This document shows, piece by piece, positions 27,091 to 36,594 of a stretch of 60,347 nucleotides of DNA (position 1 is its first letter; the number at the start of each line of letters is the position of its first letter). Position numbers and translations under genes: made by a program. Source of the stretch: Methanomassiliicoccales archaeon (GTDB lineage Archaea > Thermoplasmatota > Thermoplasmata > Methanomassiliicoccales > UBA472); the NCBI GenBank assembly GCA_016926075.1, contig JAFGPG010000057.1:1-60347 (forward strand), read 5' to 3'. The notes under the pieces are model-generated. The model worked only from the letters and a program-made list of their open reading frames with translations. It made no database searches and was not told where the DNA came from.

Positions 27091-27867
27091 TCAGATCCGC
27101 TCAGGAGGAACGTGATCGGGCCGATAGGATTTAAAATACTCAATTCCCATTTTCTTCATTCTCTTCTCTACTGCGGGGTATAGTATCAATTCCTCGATCT
27201 CAAAATCCTCAAATGCCGGTCTGATTTCCCTCAGTCTGGTTCTCAACCTCTTCACGTTCTCTAATGGGCTGAAGCTGATCATGCACGCAGGATGCACGCT
27301 CACCCCATTTCTGGTGAGGTTATCGAGAGCCTTAAGCTGCAACTGGAATCCCTCTGGTCGCGCATCGGTCAATCTGGCGAACTCCTCCTCACAAGTACCC
27401 TTCAAGCTCACTCGCACATGGAGGTTATGATGATTGGAAAGGTCGCGAGCGAACGCGGGGTCCTCCCCGATAAGGATCCCGTTCGTCTCAAGGATGAAAA
27501 GATATTCTTTAGGGATGAGGTCGAGGACGCGGAGAAGATGCTCTCTCCCGATCGTCGGCTCGTTACCACTTATCCTCATCTGCCGATAGCCCTTGCTCTT
27601 AGCTATGGCAATGAGCCGTTCTGCCACCTCATCCGGGGAGAAAAGGCGACCATACTTCTGAGGGTTCGTGACCTCCCTCCAAGACCAACAGAAGATGCAC
27701 CTCAGGCAGCAACCGACGCAATCCGCCGTGGATATTCCCCCATAGAATCGTGCCGACCTGAAACGATGGTACGATCGCTTGTCATCCCTGCACACGATGC
27801 TTTCAGTTTTCCTAGCCATCTCAAGCGGATCGAACATCGGTTGTACTAGGTCGACTGTGAAATACAA
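27091..27867 (-). CDS. radical SAM protein (small, about 258 aa; function unknown)
   Basis: FYGGISTADCVGCCLRCIFCWSW contains the CX3CX2C radical-SAM cluster motif, followed by a GNEPT (glycine-rich SAM-binding) motif. Confidence 0.8.
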   Translation of the reverse strand: MYFTVDLVQPMFDPLEMARKTESIVCRDDKRSYHRFRSARFYGGISTADCVGCCLRCIFCWSWREVTNPQKYGRLFSPDEVAERLIAIAKSKGYRQMRISGNEPTIGREHLLRVLDLIPKEYLFILETNGILIGEDPAFARDLSNHHNLHVRVSLKGTCEEEFARLTDARPEGFQLQLKALDNLTRNGVSVHPACMISFSPLENVKRLRTRLREIRPAFEDFEIEELILYPAVEKRMKKMGIEYFKSYRPDHVPPERI

Positions 27868-28035
27868 TACTTATCCGATATCCAGTTCAACCGTTATGGA
27901 TCAATATCGGCCGAGATATTGTCGTGTATGCTCAAAGACGGACCTATCAACGATCAGCACATACCCGCCTTTTCTCTGAGGCCAGCTCCATGCCCTGTTG
28001 GTATGGATACAAACTAATAGACGATATGCGACTGC

Positions 28036-28680
28036 TTGGCAATAGGTGTCCCCATAAGCGTCGAAGAAGAGCTTTCTCACATCCCCTCCTACTCACAAGA
28101 GCTAGGACTGGACCTGACAAGGCAGGAGGATAGGTTCAGATGGTTCCTCGCCTCTATCCTGTTCGCAAAGAGGATCTCGACCGAGGTCGCCAAGAGGACC
28201 TATCAGAGGTTCGTAGAGGAGGGCCTGGATACCCCCGAAAGAATACTGACCGCAGGATGGGATAGGTTGGTCGAGGTATTGGATTCCGGAGGCTACGTGA
28301 GATACGATTTTTCGACCGCCACGGCACTTCTGGAGATCATGAGGACTTTGATCGATACCTACGGTGATCTGGAGGTAATGCACAGCGTTTCCGCAAGCAC
28401 CGAGGACCTCGAGAGACGATTAAAGGCGATGAAAGGCATCGGACCGGTAGGGATGAACATATTCCTTCGGGAGCTGAGAGGTGTATGGGAGAAGGCCGAT
28501 CCGGATCCTTCCCCAACAGCCATTACGGTCGCTCAAAGGCTTGGAATGGAGGATGTGAAGAGGCACGAGTCGGCGTTTGTGAGGATCCATCTGGAATACT
28601 GCAAGAAACGAAGATGTGACGAGTGTCCCATCGAGCCCTTTTGCCAGCGGAAGATCATTCGGTCCCGAAGCTATGGATAG
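28036..28680 (+). CDS. HhH-GPD superfamily protein (endonuclease III-like DNA glycosylase fold) with C-terminal Cys cluster
   Basis: Helix-hairpin-helix LKAMKGIGPVGMNIFLREL followed by a D-containing loop (WEKADPDP). C-terminal CKKRRCDECPIEPFC resembles an Fe-S cluster loop. TTG start as in the track. Confidence 0.75.
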   Translation: MAIGVPISVEEELSHIPSYSQELGLDLTRQEDRFRWFLASILFAKRISTEVAKRTYQRFVEEGLDTPERILTAGWDRLVEVLDSGGYVRYDFSTATALLEIMRTLIDTYGDLEVMHSVSASTEDLERRLKAMKGIGPVGMNIFLRELRGVWEKADPDPSPTAITVAQRLGMEDVKRHESAFVRIHLEYCKKRRCDECPIEPFCQRKIIRSRSYG

Positions 28681-28901
28681 AGTAATCGACATGTTGAACA
28701 TTTTTTGATGCACGGTCGATCGTGAGGTTCGATCTAGGCCATTTGAAAAAACGATCTGCACTCCTCAATCCCGTAATTGTGCATTTGAGGCTCAGAGGTT
28801 GTAAAAGGGAATTACCTCGATCGGAGTCTCAATGAGAACGTTCATTGGTAGCCCGTTCCAATAATATAGAGTTAAATAATTATTATCCTTTCCATGTAAT
28901 A

Positions 28902-30269
28902 ATGACCGAGCTGAAACGGTCGGTGCGCTTTCCCAAGCTGCTGATATACGCCGTTGGTATCATTTTAGGGGCTGGTGTCTATGCATTGATAGGTGAGGCC
29001 GCAGAGGTCGCCGGTCCAGGTCTCTGGCTCTCTTTTCTGTTCGGTGCTTTGGTCGCTTCCTTCACGGGTCTGAGCTACGCTGAGCTATCCTCCATTAAAC
29101 CGACCACCGCTTCCGAGTATTATTACGTGAAACAGGGCTTTGACAGAAGACTCGCCTTTCTTACTGGTTGGATCATCAATATCGTCGACATCATTGCGAT
29201 CTCCACGGTCGCCATTGGATTTTCCGGCTACTTCGTGGCCTTGTTCTTCCCCGGCGCTTTGGATACCGTTCTTTTAGGCCTTTACCCCCTGGTCGTTACT
29301 CCCATTGTTCTCATAGCGATGTTGGCCATCGTCGCCATGGCCCTGATCAATTACATTGGGATCGAGGAGTCGGCATCCGTCAATGTTGTTCTTACTTTGG
29401 TCGAGGCCGCCGGTCTGATCTTGATCATCGCGATCGGAGCCATCTACTTCGGTGATGGGGGGTCCGCCCCAGACCTGCTAGAGCTACCGCTCGGGCTCTC
29501 AGGCCTGTTCGGGGCCATCGCCCTGATATTCTTCGCGTACCTTGGGTTCGAGGACCTGGCCAATCTTGGGGAGGAGGTCGTCGAGCCCCGGAAGAGCATA
29601 CCGAAGGCCATCATCTACTCCTTGATCATAACGACCATCATCTACATTCTGGTGGCCATCGTTGCTGTTAGCGTCGTTCCCTGGGATGAGCTGGCCTCCT
29701 CCTCCGAACCGTTGACCGCGGTCGCCGAGGCGGCCCTCGGCTCGGACGCCGGCGTCGTGCTCTCCTTCATCGCCCTCTTCGCCACCATCAACACCGTACT
29801 GATCATGATCACGGCCGCCTCCCGTTTCATGTTCGGCATGGCCAAGGACCGCATACTGCCCTCCTTCCTCAAGGCGGTGAGCGAGAGGCGGAGGACCCCC
29901 TATAAAGCGATCATCGCGGTCGCCGTCATCAGCTGTCTGTTCACTCTAGTGGAGGACATCGGCACGCTCGCCGAGATGACCACGCTGGGGGTCTTCGTCG
30001 TCTTCGCCATGATCAACGCCTCCCTGGTCAGGGTGAGGTACAAGGACGACCTTCCGGAGGACCGGTTCAAGAGCCCTATCAACATCGGCAAGCTACCGGT
30101 CCTGGCCATCCTTGGATTGGCCTCGTGCATATGGATGATAGGGACGTTCCTGATCAAGCTGACCCCCGAGGGGGTCCTCTTCGATGTCACGAACCCCTCC
30201 ATTGTAGTTATCGTCATCATGATCATCACCGGTTTCGTGGCCTATGGGCTCCTGAAGAAAGAACGGTGA
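28902..30269 (+). CDS. APC superfamily amino acid/polyamine permease
   Basis: MTELKRSVRFPKLLIYAVGIILGAGVYALIGEAA and about 12 TM. The ATG is about 24 nt downstream of the AT-rich box GTTAAATAATTATTAT. Confidence 0.85.
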   Translation: MTELKRSVRFPKLLIYAVGIILGAGVYALIGEAAEVAGPGLWLSFLFGALVASFTGLSYAELSSIKPTTASEYYYVKQGFDRRLAFLTGWIINIVDIIAISTVAIGFSGYFVALFFPGALDTVLLGLYPLVVTPIVLIAMLAIVAMALINYIGIEESASVNVVLTLVEAAGLILIIAIGAIYFGDGGSAPDLLELPLGLSGLFGAIALIFFAYLGFEDLANLGEEVVEPRKSIPKAIIYSLIITTIIYILVAIVAVSVVPWDELASSSEPLTAVAEAALGSDAGVVLSFIALFATINTVLIMITAASRFMFGMAKDRILPSFLKAVSERRRTPYKAIIAVAVISCLFTLVEDIGTLAEMTTLGVFVVFAMINASLVRVRYKDDLPEDRFKSPINIGKLPVLAILGLASCIWMIGTFLIKLTPEGVLFDVTNPSIVVIVIMIITGFVAYGLLKKER

Positions 30270-30420
30270 ACGATCACTTGCGGCGCGAGGTCCACGCGGG
30301 ATCGAGTACATAGGCAGGAATCGGCACAGCGACTGGACTTCAAGATCCTTGACCGCTAGAATCCCAGGGCACAAAGAATGGTGGAAAGAGCTTATTACGC
30401 CATGGATATTAACGAGCAGC

Positions 30421-30912
30421 ATGACCGATGACGACCTGATAACCTATTGCGGGCTCTACTGCGGGATATGCGCGGAGAGGTACATTCTGCCGCAACGTGC
30501 CAGGGAACTGCTGGACCTGGTGAGGGAGGAGGGTTACGATCAGTACTATGAGTCCATCCCCGGTCTGAAGGAGCACTACCCCTCCTTCGTCAAGGTATTG
30601 GAGGACCTCTCCACGATGGACTGCAGGTGCAGGAACAGGAAAGGGGGGCCACCGAACTGCGAGATACGCAACTGCGCGGATGAGAGGGGCGTGTTCGTAT
30701 GCATGGACTGCCAGGATTTCCCTTGCGATAGATGGAGGTCCATCGCCCAGTTCTATCCCCTTCTTGCCAGCGACGCACAACGGTACAGGGAGATCGGGAA
30801 GCAGAGATGGTTGGAGGAGCAGAAGGCCAGGGGCAGGAAGGGCTTCTATTACGGCATGGTCAGATGTGTTCCGGAACCGGACCCGGAGGGGGCAGAAGGA
30901 AAAGAGAAGTGA
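30421..30912 (+). CDS. DUF3795-type Cys-rich protein
   Basis: MTDDDLITYCGLYCGICAERY...CRCRNRKGGPPNCEIRNCADERGVFVCMDCQDFPC. Confidence 0.7.
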   Translation: MTDDDLITYCGLYCGICAERYILPQRARELLDLVREEGYDQYYESIPGLKEHYPSFVKVLEDLSTMDCRCRNRKGGPPNCEIRNCADERGVFVCMDCQDFPCDRWRSIAQFYPLLASDAQRYREIGKQRWLEEQKARGRKGFYYGMVRCVPEPDPEGAEGKEK

Positions 30913-31152
30913 CAACCTCCATGCGACCACGCACCTCTTTGTCGGTCACCGAATACCTTGCGAGACTCCATGAACGGTCCCTCCGGCAATGGGCTCGGTG
31001 CGATGGCCATCCTTATCGGTGACGACACAACGAACCTTGTGCTGCCGGAGCCGATGTCGACCCCCAGACCTAATTCGGGACGGTCGGGATCGTGATCGGA
31101 CTAAACGTAAATTAAGCACATCGGTCATCTGGAACCTAGATAGAGCTACGAA

Positions 31153-33795
31153 ATGGAATGGTATGGGAACATGAAGAACGAGGAACGGGTGAGCAATACC
31201 GGACTTCCAGGCCTGGACAGGATATTGAACGGGGTCATTCTCGGGGACAACGTGGTCCTACAGGTGGATACCATCGACGATTACATACGTTTCGTGAGCC
31301 CCTTCTGCCTGGAGGCGCGCCGGCAGCGGAGGGACCTTATCTACTTCCGCTTCGCCGACCACGGGGTCGTCGTTCCGGATGGGACATGCGACCACGTCTT
31401 CGAGCTTCGTCCCGAGGAGGGCTTCGAGAACTTCATATCAGAGATCCTCAAGGTCATCGAGCGATTCGGGAAAGGGGCCTTCTACGTCTTCGATTGCCTA
31501 TCGGAGCTGTCCGCCGATTGGTACAGCGACCGCATGCTGGGCAACTTCTTTCTGCTGGCCTGCCCCTACCTCTATGATTTCGATACGGTCGCCTATTTCG
31601 CCCTCATACGTAATCGTCATACACCGTTCGCCATCGATGCCATTCATGGGACGGCGCAGGTGGTCATGGACGTGTACTCTCACCGTGGAGAGGTCTACGT
31701 CCATCCTCTGAAGGCGGAGGGCAGGCGATCGGACACCATGTACATGCTTCACCGCTGGGAGGGGGAGGAGTTCATACCGGTCCTGACCAGCACGACCACC
31801 GCTGAGATACTGACTGAGGTCCCGCAGCCCTGGTTGGACTTCTCCATGCACCAGCGCGACGTATGGACCAACAGCTTCGCACAGGCATGGGACATCGTCA
31901 GTTCGACAACGCCCGACCGAAGGGCGGCCTGGAAGGGCTGCAATCTCTTCCGTCGCCTGGTGCGGATGGCCGTGACCAGGGACGCGCGTTTGATGAGACT
32001 GGTCGATGAATATCTCGACTGCTCGGACATCGTCGATATCGGGAAGCGTATGATAGGGACCGGGCTCATCGGCGGCAAGTCCGTCGGCATGCTCCTGGCC
32101 CGCGCCATCCTGAAGAGCAAGGACATTGACCTGACGAACAAGCTCGAGCCGCACGATTCCTTCTACATCGGTTCGGACGTCTTTTACACCTATCTCATCC
32201 AGAACCATTGCTGGTGGATCAGGCGGAACCTCAGGAACCCCGAGTCCGAGTTCGTTATGGATGAAGGGGCCAGGGAGAGGATGCTCACGGGGAGGTTCCC
32301 TAAGGACATCGAGGACCAGTTCGTGAAGATGCTCGAGTATTACGGGCAGTCGCCCATCATCGTCCGTTCCTCGAGCCTCCTGGAAGACGCCTACGGGAAC
32401 GCCTTCTCCGGGAAGTATGAGAGCGTTTTCTGCGCCAACCAGGGCACGCCCCAGGAAAGACTCGATAACTTCCTGGACGCCGTCCGCAGGGTCTATATGA
32501 GCACCTTGAGCAAGGAGGCACTGGCCTATCGCGCTCACTGGGGCCTGCTGGACCAGGACGAGCAGATGGCCATACTCGTACAGCGCGTGTCCGGCGCCGT
32601 CCACGGGGACCAGTTCTTCCCGCATGTCGCCGGCGTGGGGGTCTCCTACAATCCGTACGTATGGCACGGGGATATCGACCCTAGGGCAGGGATGATAAGA
32701 CTGGTCTTCGGCCTTGGCACCAGGGCCGTGGACCGCGTCGATGACGATTACACGCGCATCGTGGCCCTGAACGCGCCCCTGCGCAGGCCAGAGGCCAGTT
32801 CCGAGGACGTCAGAAGGTTCTCCCAAAGGAGCGCTGACATCATCGACCTGGACGGCAATCGCCTCGCCTCGCGGCCCTTCCAGAATATCGTGGAGAGGCT
32901 GTCCGACATCCCCCTCACGGTCTTCGCCTCCCGGGACCTGGCTTTGGAAAGGCACCTTCAGGAAATGGGGTCGACGGAGGCCTTTACATGGATGCTCACC
33001 TTCGATCAGCTGCTGTCCCAGGGACCTTTCGTGAAGGACATGAGGAACATGATGAGGGAGCTCGAGGACGCCTATGAGCATCCGGTGGACATCGAGTTCA
33101 CCGTCAATTTCACGGACATCGACGATTACAGGATCAATCTGCTTCAGTGCAGACCCTTCCAGACCAAAGGGAAGGTCCTGAGCGTCGAGAGGCCCTTGTC
33201 CGCCCCTTCCGAAAGCGTGATCCTGCAGTCCACTGGGCCGGTCATCGGAGGTGGCATAGCCACACCGATCGACCGCATCATCTACGTGGTCCCCGAGGTC
33301 TATGGGAACATGAAGGTGAGCGACCGCTATGCGGTCGCCAGGCTCATCGGCAGGTTGACACACTTGCAGGACAGGGAGACGAGACCCACGATCCTTCTCA
33401 TAGGCCCCGGAAGATGGGCGACCACCTCCCCCTTCCTCGGGGTACCGGTCTCCTTCTCCGAGATCAACACCGTCTCCGTCCTCTGCGAGGTGGTGACCAT
33501 GCACGAGGGTCTCGTTCCCGAGGCTTCGTTGGGAACGCACTTCTTCAACGACCTCGTCGAGTCCGACATGCTCTACTGCGCCGTCTACCCCCAAAGGGAC
33601 GAGAACGTCCTCGATCAGGACTTCTTCTCCAAGGCAGAGAACAGGCTGTCGACCCTGGTGCCCGAGGCGGCATCCCTCAGCTCCGCTATCAAGGTCATCG
33701 ACGGGGCCGATGGCCGGGACGGCCTCCGCATCTACCTGAGCTCGGACGTGCCCAAGCAGAGGCTGACCTGCTACCTGGACTCCCCGAAGGAATGA
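31153..33795 (+). CDS. PEP/pyruvate-binding (PPDK_N ATP-grasp) domain protein with N-terminal KaiC/RecA-like domain lacking a P-loop
   Basis: N terminus LPGLDRILNGVILGDNVVLQVDTIDDY resembles KaiC/RadA (GIPGLD..L.GG...G...L..G) but has no GxxxxGKT. The middle has GLIGGKSVGMLLA and IIVRSSSLLEDAYGNAFSGKYESV, typical of PPDK_N. No His-swivel (GGxTSH) motif was seen. Confidence 0.75.
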   Translation: MEWYGNMKNEERVSNTGLPGLDRILNGVILGDNVVLQVDTIDDYIRFVSPFCLEARRQRRDLIYFRFADHGVVVPDGTCDHVFELRPEEGFENFISEILKVIERFGKGAFYVFDCLSELSADWYSDRMLGNFFLLACPYLYDFDTVAYFALIRNRHTPFAIDAIHGTAQVVMDVYSHRGEVYVHPLKAEGRRSDTMYMLHRWEGEEFIPVLTSTTTAEILTEVPQPWLDFSMHQRDVWTNSFAQAWDIVSSTTPDRRAAWKGCNLFRRLVRMAVTRDARLMRLVDEYLDCSDIVDIGKRMIGTGLIGGKSVGMLLARAILKSKDIDLTNKLEPHDSFYIGSDVFYTYLIQNHCWWIRRNLRNPESEFVMDEGARERMLTGRFPKDIEDQFVKMLEYYGQSPIIVRSSSLLEDAYGNAFSGKYESVFCANQGTPQERLDNFLDAVRRVYMSTLSKEALAYRAHWGLLDQDEQMAILVQRVSGAVHGDQFFPHVAGVGVSYNPYVWHGDIDPRAGMIRLVFGLGTRAVDRVDDDYTRIVALNAPLRRPEASSEDVRRFSQRSADIIDLDGNRLASRPFQNIVERLSDIPLTVFASRDLALERHLQEMGSTEAFTWMLTFDQLLSQGPFVKDMRNMMRELEDAYEHPVDIEFTVNFTDIDDYRINLLQCRPFQTKGKVLSVERPLSAPSESVILQSTGPVIGGGIATPIDRIIYVVPEVYGNMKVSDRYAVARLIGRLTHLQDRETRPTILLIGPGRWATTSPFLGVPVSFSEINTVSVLCEVVTMHEGLVPEASLGTHFFNDLVESDMLYCAVYPQRDENVLDQDFFSKAENRLSTLVPEAASLSSAIKVIDGADGRDGLRIYLSSDVPKQRLTCYLDSPKE

Positions 33796-34035
33796 GGCGG
33801 TCCGAGGGACGGGACACGACCCTCAAGGAAGGTGTCGTTCTAGGAACCGCACCGATCATCATCCGCCCCGGCGTACCGGTCCGCTCGATGTGAAGTATGC
33901 AAGGGGACCGCTGTTCTCTTCATACGTCATGATGGCAACCCCTCATGGCTCGGACAGGGGGCATCGTTCCCCCAAGGCCCAACGCTCTCTGCACAATGTT
34001 TAAGGTCGCCTCTCCTCTCATGGACCGGGACGGCG

Positions 34036-35460
34036 ATGGATCGAACGAGGGAGGAAAGGGGACGGTACCTGGCCTTGACCATAGTCATGATCGGGGTGTT
34101 CATGTCCGTCCTGGACGCCGTGTCCCTGAACATCGCCCTCCCCTCCATCACCTCCTACTTCCAGGTGGCGGTGGCCGACACGCAGTGGGTGGTGACCTCC
34201 TACCTGCTGGTCCAGACGTGCTTTCTGATCATTTCCGGCAAATTGTCCGAGCGGACCGGCCAGGCCAGGATGTTCACCCTCGGCCTCTTGGTCTTCTCCG
34301 CCTCCTCGCTCCTTTGTGCCCTCTCCTCCGACCTGTGGCAGCTCATCATGTTCCGGGTTATGCAGGGCCTGGGGGCCTCCATGATGTTCAGCGTCTCCAC
34401 GGCCATAATCTTCCGGATATTCGATGTCCGGGGACGGGGGAAGGCCTTGGGATTCCTGGGATCGACCGTATCGCTGGGGGGCATGCTCGGCCCGGTGATA
34501 GGCGGCGTGCTGGTGGGGACCCTGGGATGGCAGTCCATATTCCTGGTGAACGTTCCCATCGGCCTTATCGCCGCAATCCTGGCGGTGAGGGCGCTGAAGA
34601 TAGAGGAAACGATCTCGGAACATCTGCGCATGGACTACATCGGAGCGGTGCTGTGGGTGGCGTCCATCGGTGCACTGGTGCTCATGCTGGGGGCGCTCGG
34701 GGGGACCGGGACGCTCACCACCGTGAACGGAGCGTACCTGGTTGTGTTCCTGGTCACCATATTGCTGTTCGTGCTCCGGGAACGGAGAGCGGCCGAACCG
34801 CTGCTGGACATATCCGTCTTCAGGGTACGACGGTTCTCCCTCACCGCCATGAGCATGGTCATGTTCTTCATGTCCATGAGCCTGGTCGTCATCCTCGGTC
34901 CGTTCTACTACGAGGGCGTTCTGGTGTACGGCCCCGCCACCGTGGGGGCCATATTCATGATACTGCCCGCCATCACCATGTTCGGCTCCCCCCTGGTGGG
35001 CCGGATATACGATAAGAGGCGCCTCTGGCCCTATACCACCATGGCGCACCTGATAAGGGCGCTGGGCTTCTTCCTCATGGCCTACGGCTTCCTCATCCTC
35101 GACCTGCCGCTCACCCTGGTGGCCTTCGCGGTCATGGGATTGGGCAGCTGCCTGTTCCAGACCCCCAACAACGCCGAGATGATGCTGTCACTGCCTATGA
35201 GGAAGAGCGGGCTGGCATCGAGCATCCAGGCCACCACCAGGAACCTGAGCATGGCGGTGGGGATCTCCCTGGCCACCATACTCATGACCGTGATGATGGG
35301 CTCCATGGACTACGGCGCCATCGCCGGAGGACCCCTCGCCGGAGAGCTGGCACGGTCCGTGGCCATTGCCGTGGCGTTCGGCGGGGTCCTATCGATGATA
35401 GGAGCGATGATCTCCCGCATGAGCGAGAGGGGGATAGGCAAGTCCGGCGATACGAACTGA
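34036..35460 (+). CDS. MFS transporter, DHA2 (14-TMS drug:H+ antiporter)-like
   Basis: 474 aa with about 14 TM. LDAVSLNIALPSI, SGKLSERTGQARMF (motif A-like), RVMQGLGASMMF. Confidence 0.85.
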   Translation: MDRTREERGRYLALTIVMIGVFMSVLDAVSLNIALPSITSYFQVAVADTQWVVTSYLLVQTCFLIISGKLSERTGQARMFTLGLLVFSASSLLCALSSDLWQLIMFRVMQGLGASMMFSVSTAIIFRIFDVRGRGKALGFLGSTVSLGGMLGPVIGGVLVGTLGWQSIFLVNVPIGLIAAILAVRALKIEETISEHLRMDYIGAVLWVASIGALVLMLGALGGTGTLTTVNGAYLVVFLVTILLFVLRERRAAEPLLDISVFRVRRFSLTAMSMVMFFMSMSLVVILGPFYYEGVLVYGPATVGAIFMILPAITMFGSPLVGRIYDKRRLWPYTTMAHLIRALGFFLMAYGFLILDLPLTLVAFAVMGLGSCLFQTPNNAEMMLSLPMRKSGLASSIQATTRNLSMAVGISLATILMTVMMGSMDYGAIAGGPLAGELARSVAIAVAFGGVLSMIGAMISRMSERGIGKSGDTN

Positions 35461-35564
35461 ACGGGTCATCCACCTTGGCCGATGGCAATGTTCCAGGTGA
35501 TAGGATCGTCGATCCCCCAAGCCATCAGATAAACTAATGTTCCTTGGGTTCGCCTCTATCAACT

Positions 35565-35945
35565 ATGAACTCAGATAGCATGCCACCCTGGCCCTCCGCC
35601 TCGCAGGAGATCCACGAGATCTTAAAACGTCATATTTTAAAATATGAGGTCGAGCACAGGGTCATGTTCGGGGCCCCATGCTATTTCGTCAAGGGCAACA
35701 TGTTCACCGGTGTTCTCTCCGATTACATCTTCCTACGGCTTTCCCCGCAGGACCGGAAGGAAGTTTTGGACGCCAGTATCGGGAAGGAGTTCATCCCCCG
35801 ACCCGGAAGGAAGATGAAAGAATACTGCACCCTGTCCGGGCCGATCATCAACGACGAGGGGACATTTTCAACCTTGCTGGATAAAGGTTACGCGTATGTA
35901 ATGAGCCTCGGACCAAAGAAGAGGGTCAAGGGGTCCAAAAAATAA
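35565..35945 (+). CDS. TfoX N-terminal domain-like protein
   Basis: RVMFGAPCYFVKGNMFTGVLSDYIFLRLSPQDRKEVL. The ATG is about 27 nt downstream of an AGATAAACTAAT box. Confidence 0.6.
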   Translation: MNSDSMPPWPSASQEIHEILKRHILKYEVEHRVMFGAPCYFVKGNMFTGVLSDYIFLRLSPQDRKEVLDASIGKEFIPRPGRKMKEYCTLSGPIINDEGTFSTLLDKGYAYVMSLGPKKRVKGSKK

Positions 35946-36079
35946 GGAACGGATTGATCTGAATGGTCCGATCAAGACCTCTACAGTCCCGACCCCTGAT
36001 CATCCCGACATCGTTGATATCGATGACCTCTGTTTCCGGGAGGCCCAGGGGCCGCCGGACCTTGGTCAGCAGCTCCCCC

Positions 36080-36514
36080 CTATGACATCCCCCTCCACCA
36101 GGCCATATCGGCGACCACGGCTAAGGAGGTCACCTTCATGTCCTTGCCCAGGATCTCCTTGATCAAGTGGATCTGCGCGCCCATGCCCCGCTTCTTGACC
36201 ATGTTCACCGGCCTGCTCAGGATGGAGGCCATCTGTTCATTGTCCTCACCGACGAACATGCTCATCCGGTGGAACGCCAGGAACAACCCCCGACGCATCC
36301 TCCTTGATGATGACCCCGTGACGGCGATGGTGACCAGGCTGACCGCATTGAAAACATCCTCCTTGCCGAGCTTCACCCTCAATCCTGAAAGCGAACAATG
36401 TTGAATAGACCCATGTAATTCCTCTAACGCCATTGTGACGGTCCATTCCCGAAGCGTTCGGATCCCCATCGTCGACCCAACGGCAGAGGGGAAGGAGAGA
36501 ATGATTTTATTCAA
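36080..36514 (-). CDS. hypothetical protein, possibly the 5' part of a frameshifted gene
   Basis: 144-aa ORF with moderately protein-like composition. A second protein-like frame (GELLTKVRRPLGLPETEVIDINDVGMIRG...) continues past its TAG in another frame down to about 35930. Confidence 0.3.
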   Translation of the reverse strand: MNKIILSFPSAVGSTMGIRTLREWTVTMALEELHGSIQHCSLSGLRVKLGKEDVFNAVSLVTIAVTGSSSRRMRRGLFLAFHRMSMFVGEDNEQMASILSRPVNMVKKRGMGAQIHLIKEILGKDMKVTSLAVVADMAWWRGMS

Positions 36515-36594
36515 TTGTATATATTTTTAAATTGTAAAGCGGGCCAATTGTTCTTTTTACTTGATTTAAAGAATATACAAAATAAAAAGCTAGA

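Larger units (their letters stand above)
26843..28844. other. markedly lower-GC segment directly 3' of tRNA-Leu
   Basis: Hand count is about 43% GC at 27091-27190 versus about 67% at 1-100. AT-rich spacers at 26843-27090, 27868-28035 and 28681-28901. Confidence 0.5.

Noticed and set aside
31498-33594. 698-aa ORF antisense to the PPDK_N gene. There are many similar long shadow ORFs (for example 11281-13035, 789-1904, 877-1986, 14913-16376, 34018-35049, 45858-46799, 53007-54071, 41630-42544).
   Set aside because: Their composition is dominated by R/G/P/H/A/D with no motifs. They mirror strongly supported genes on the other strand and are typical high-GC shadow frames.
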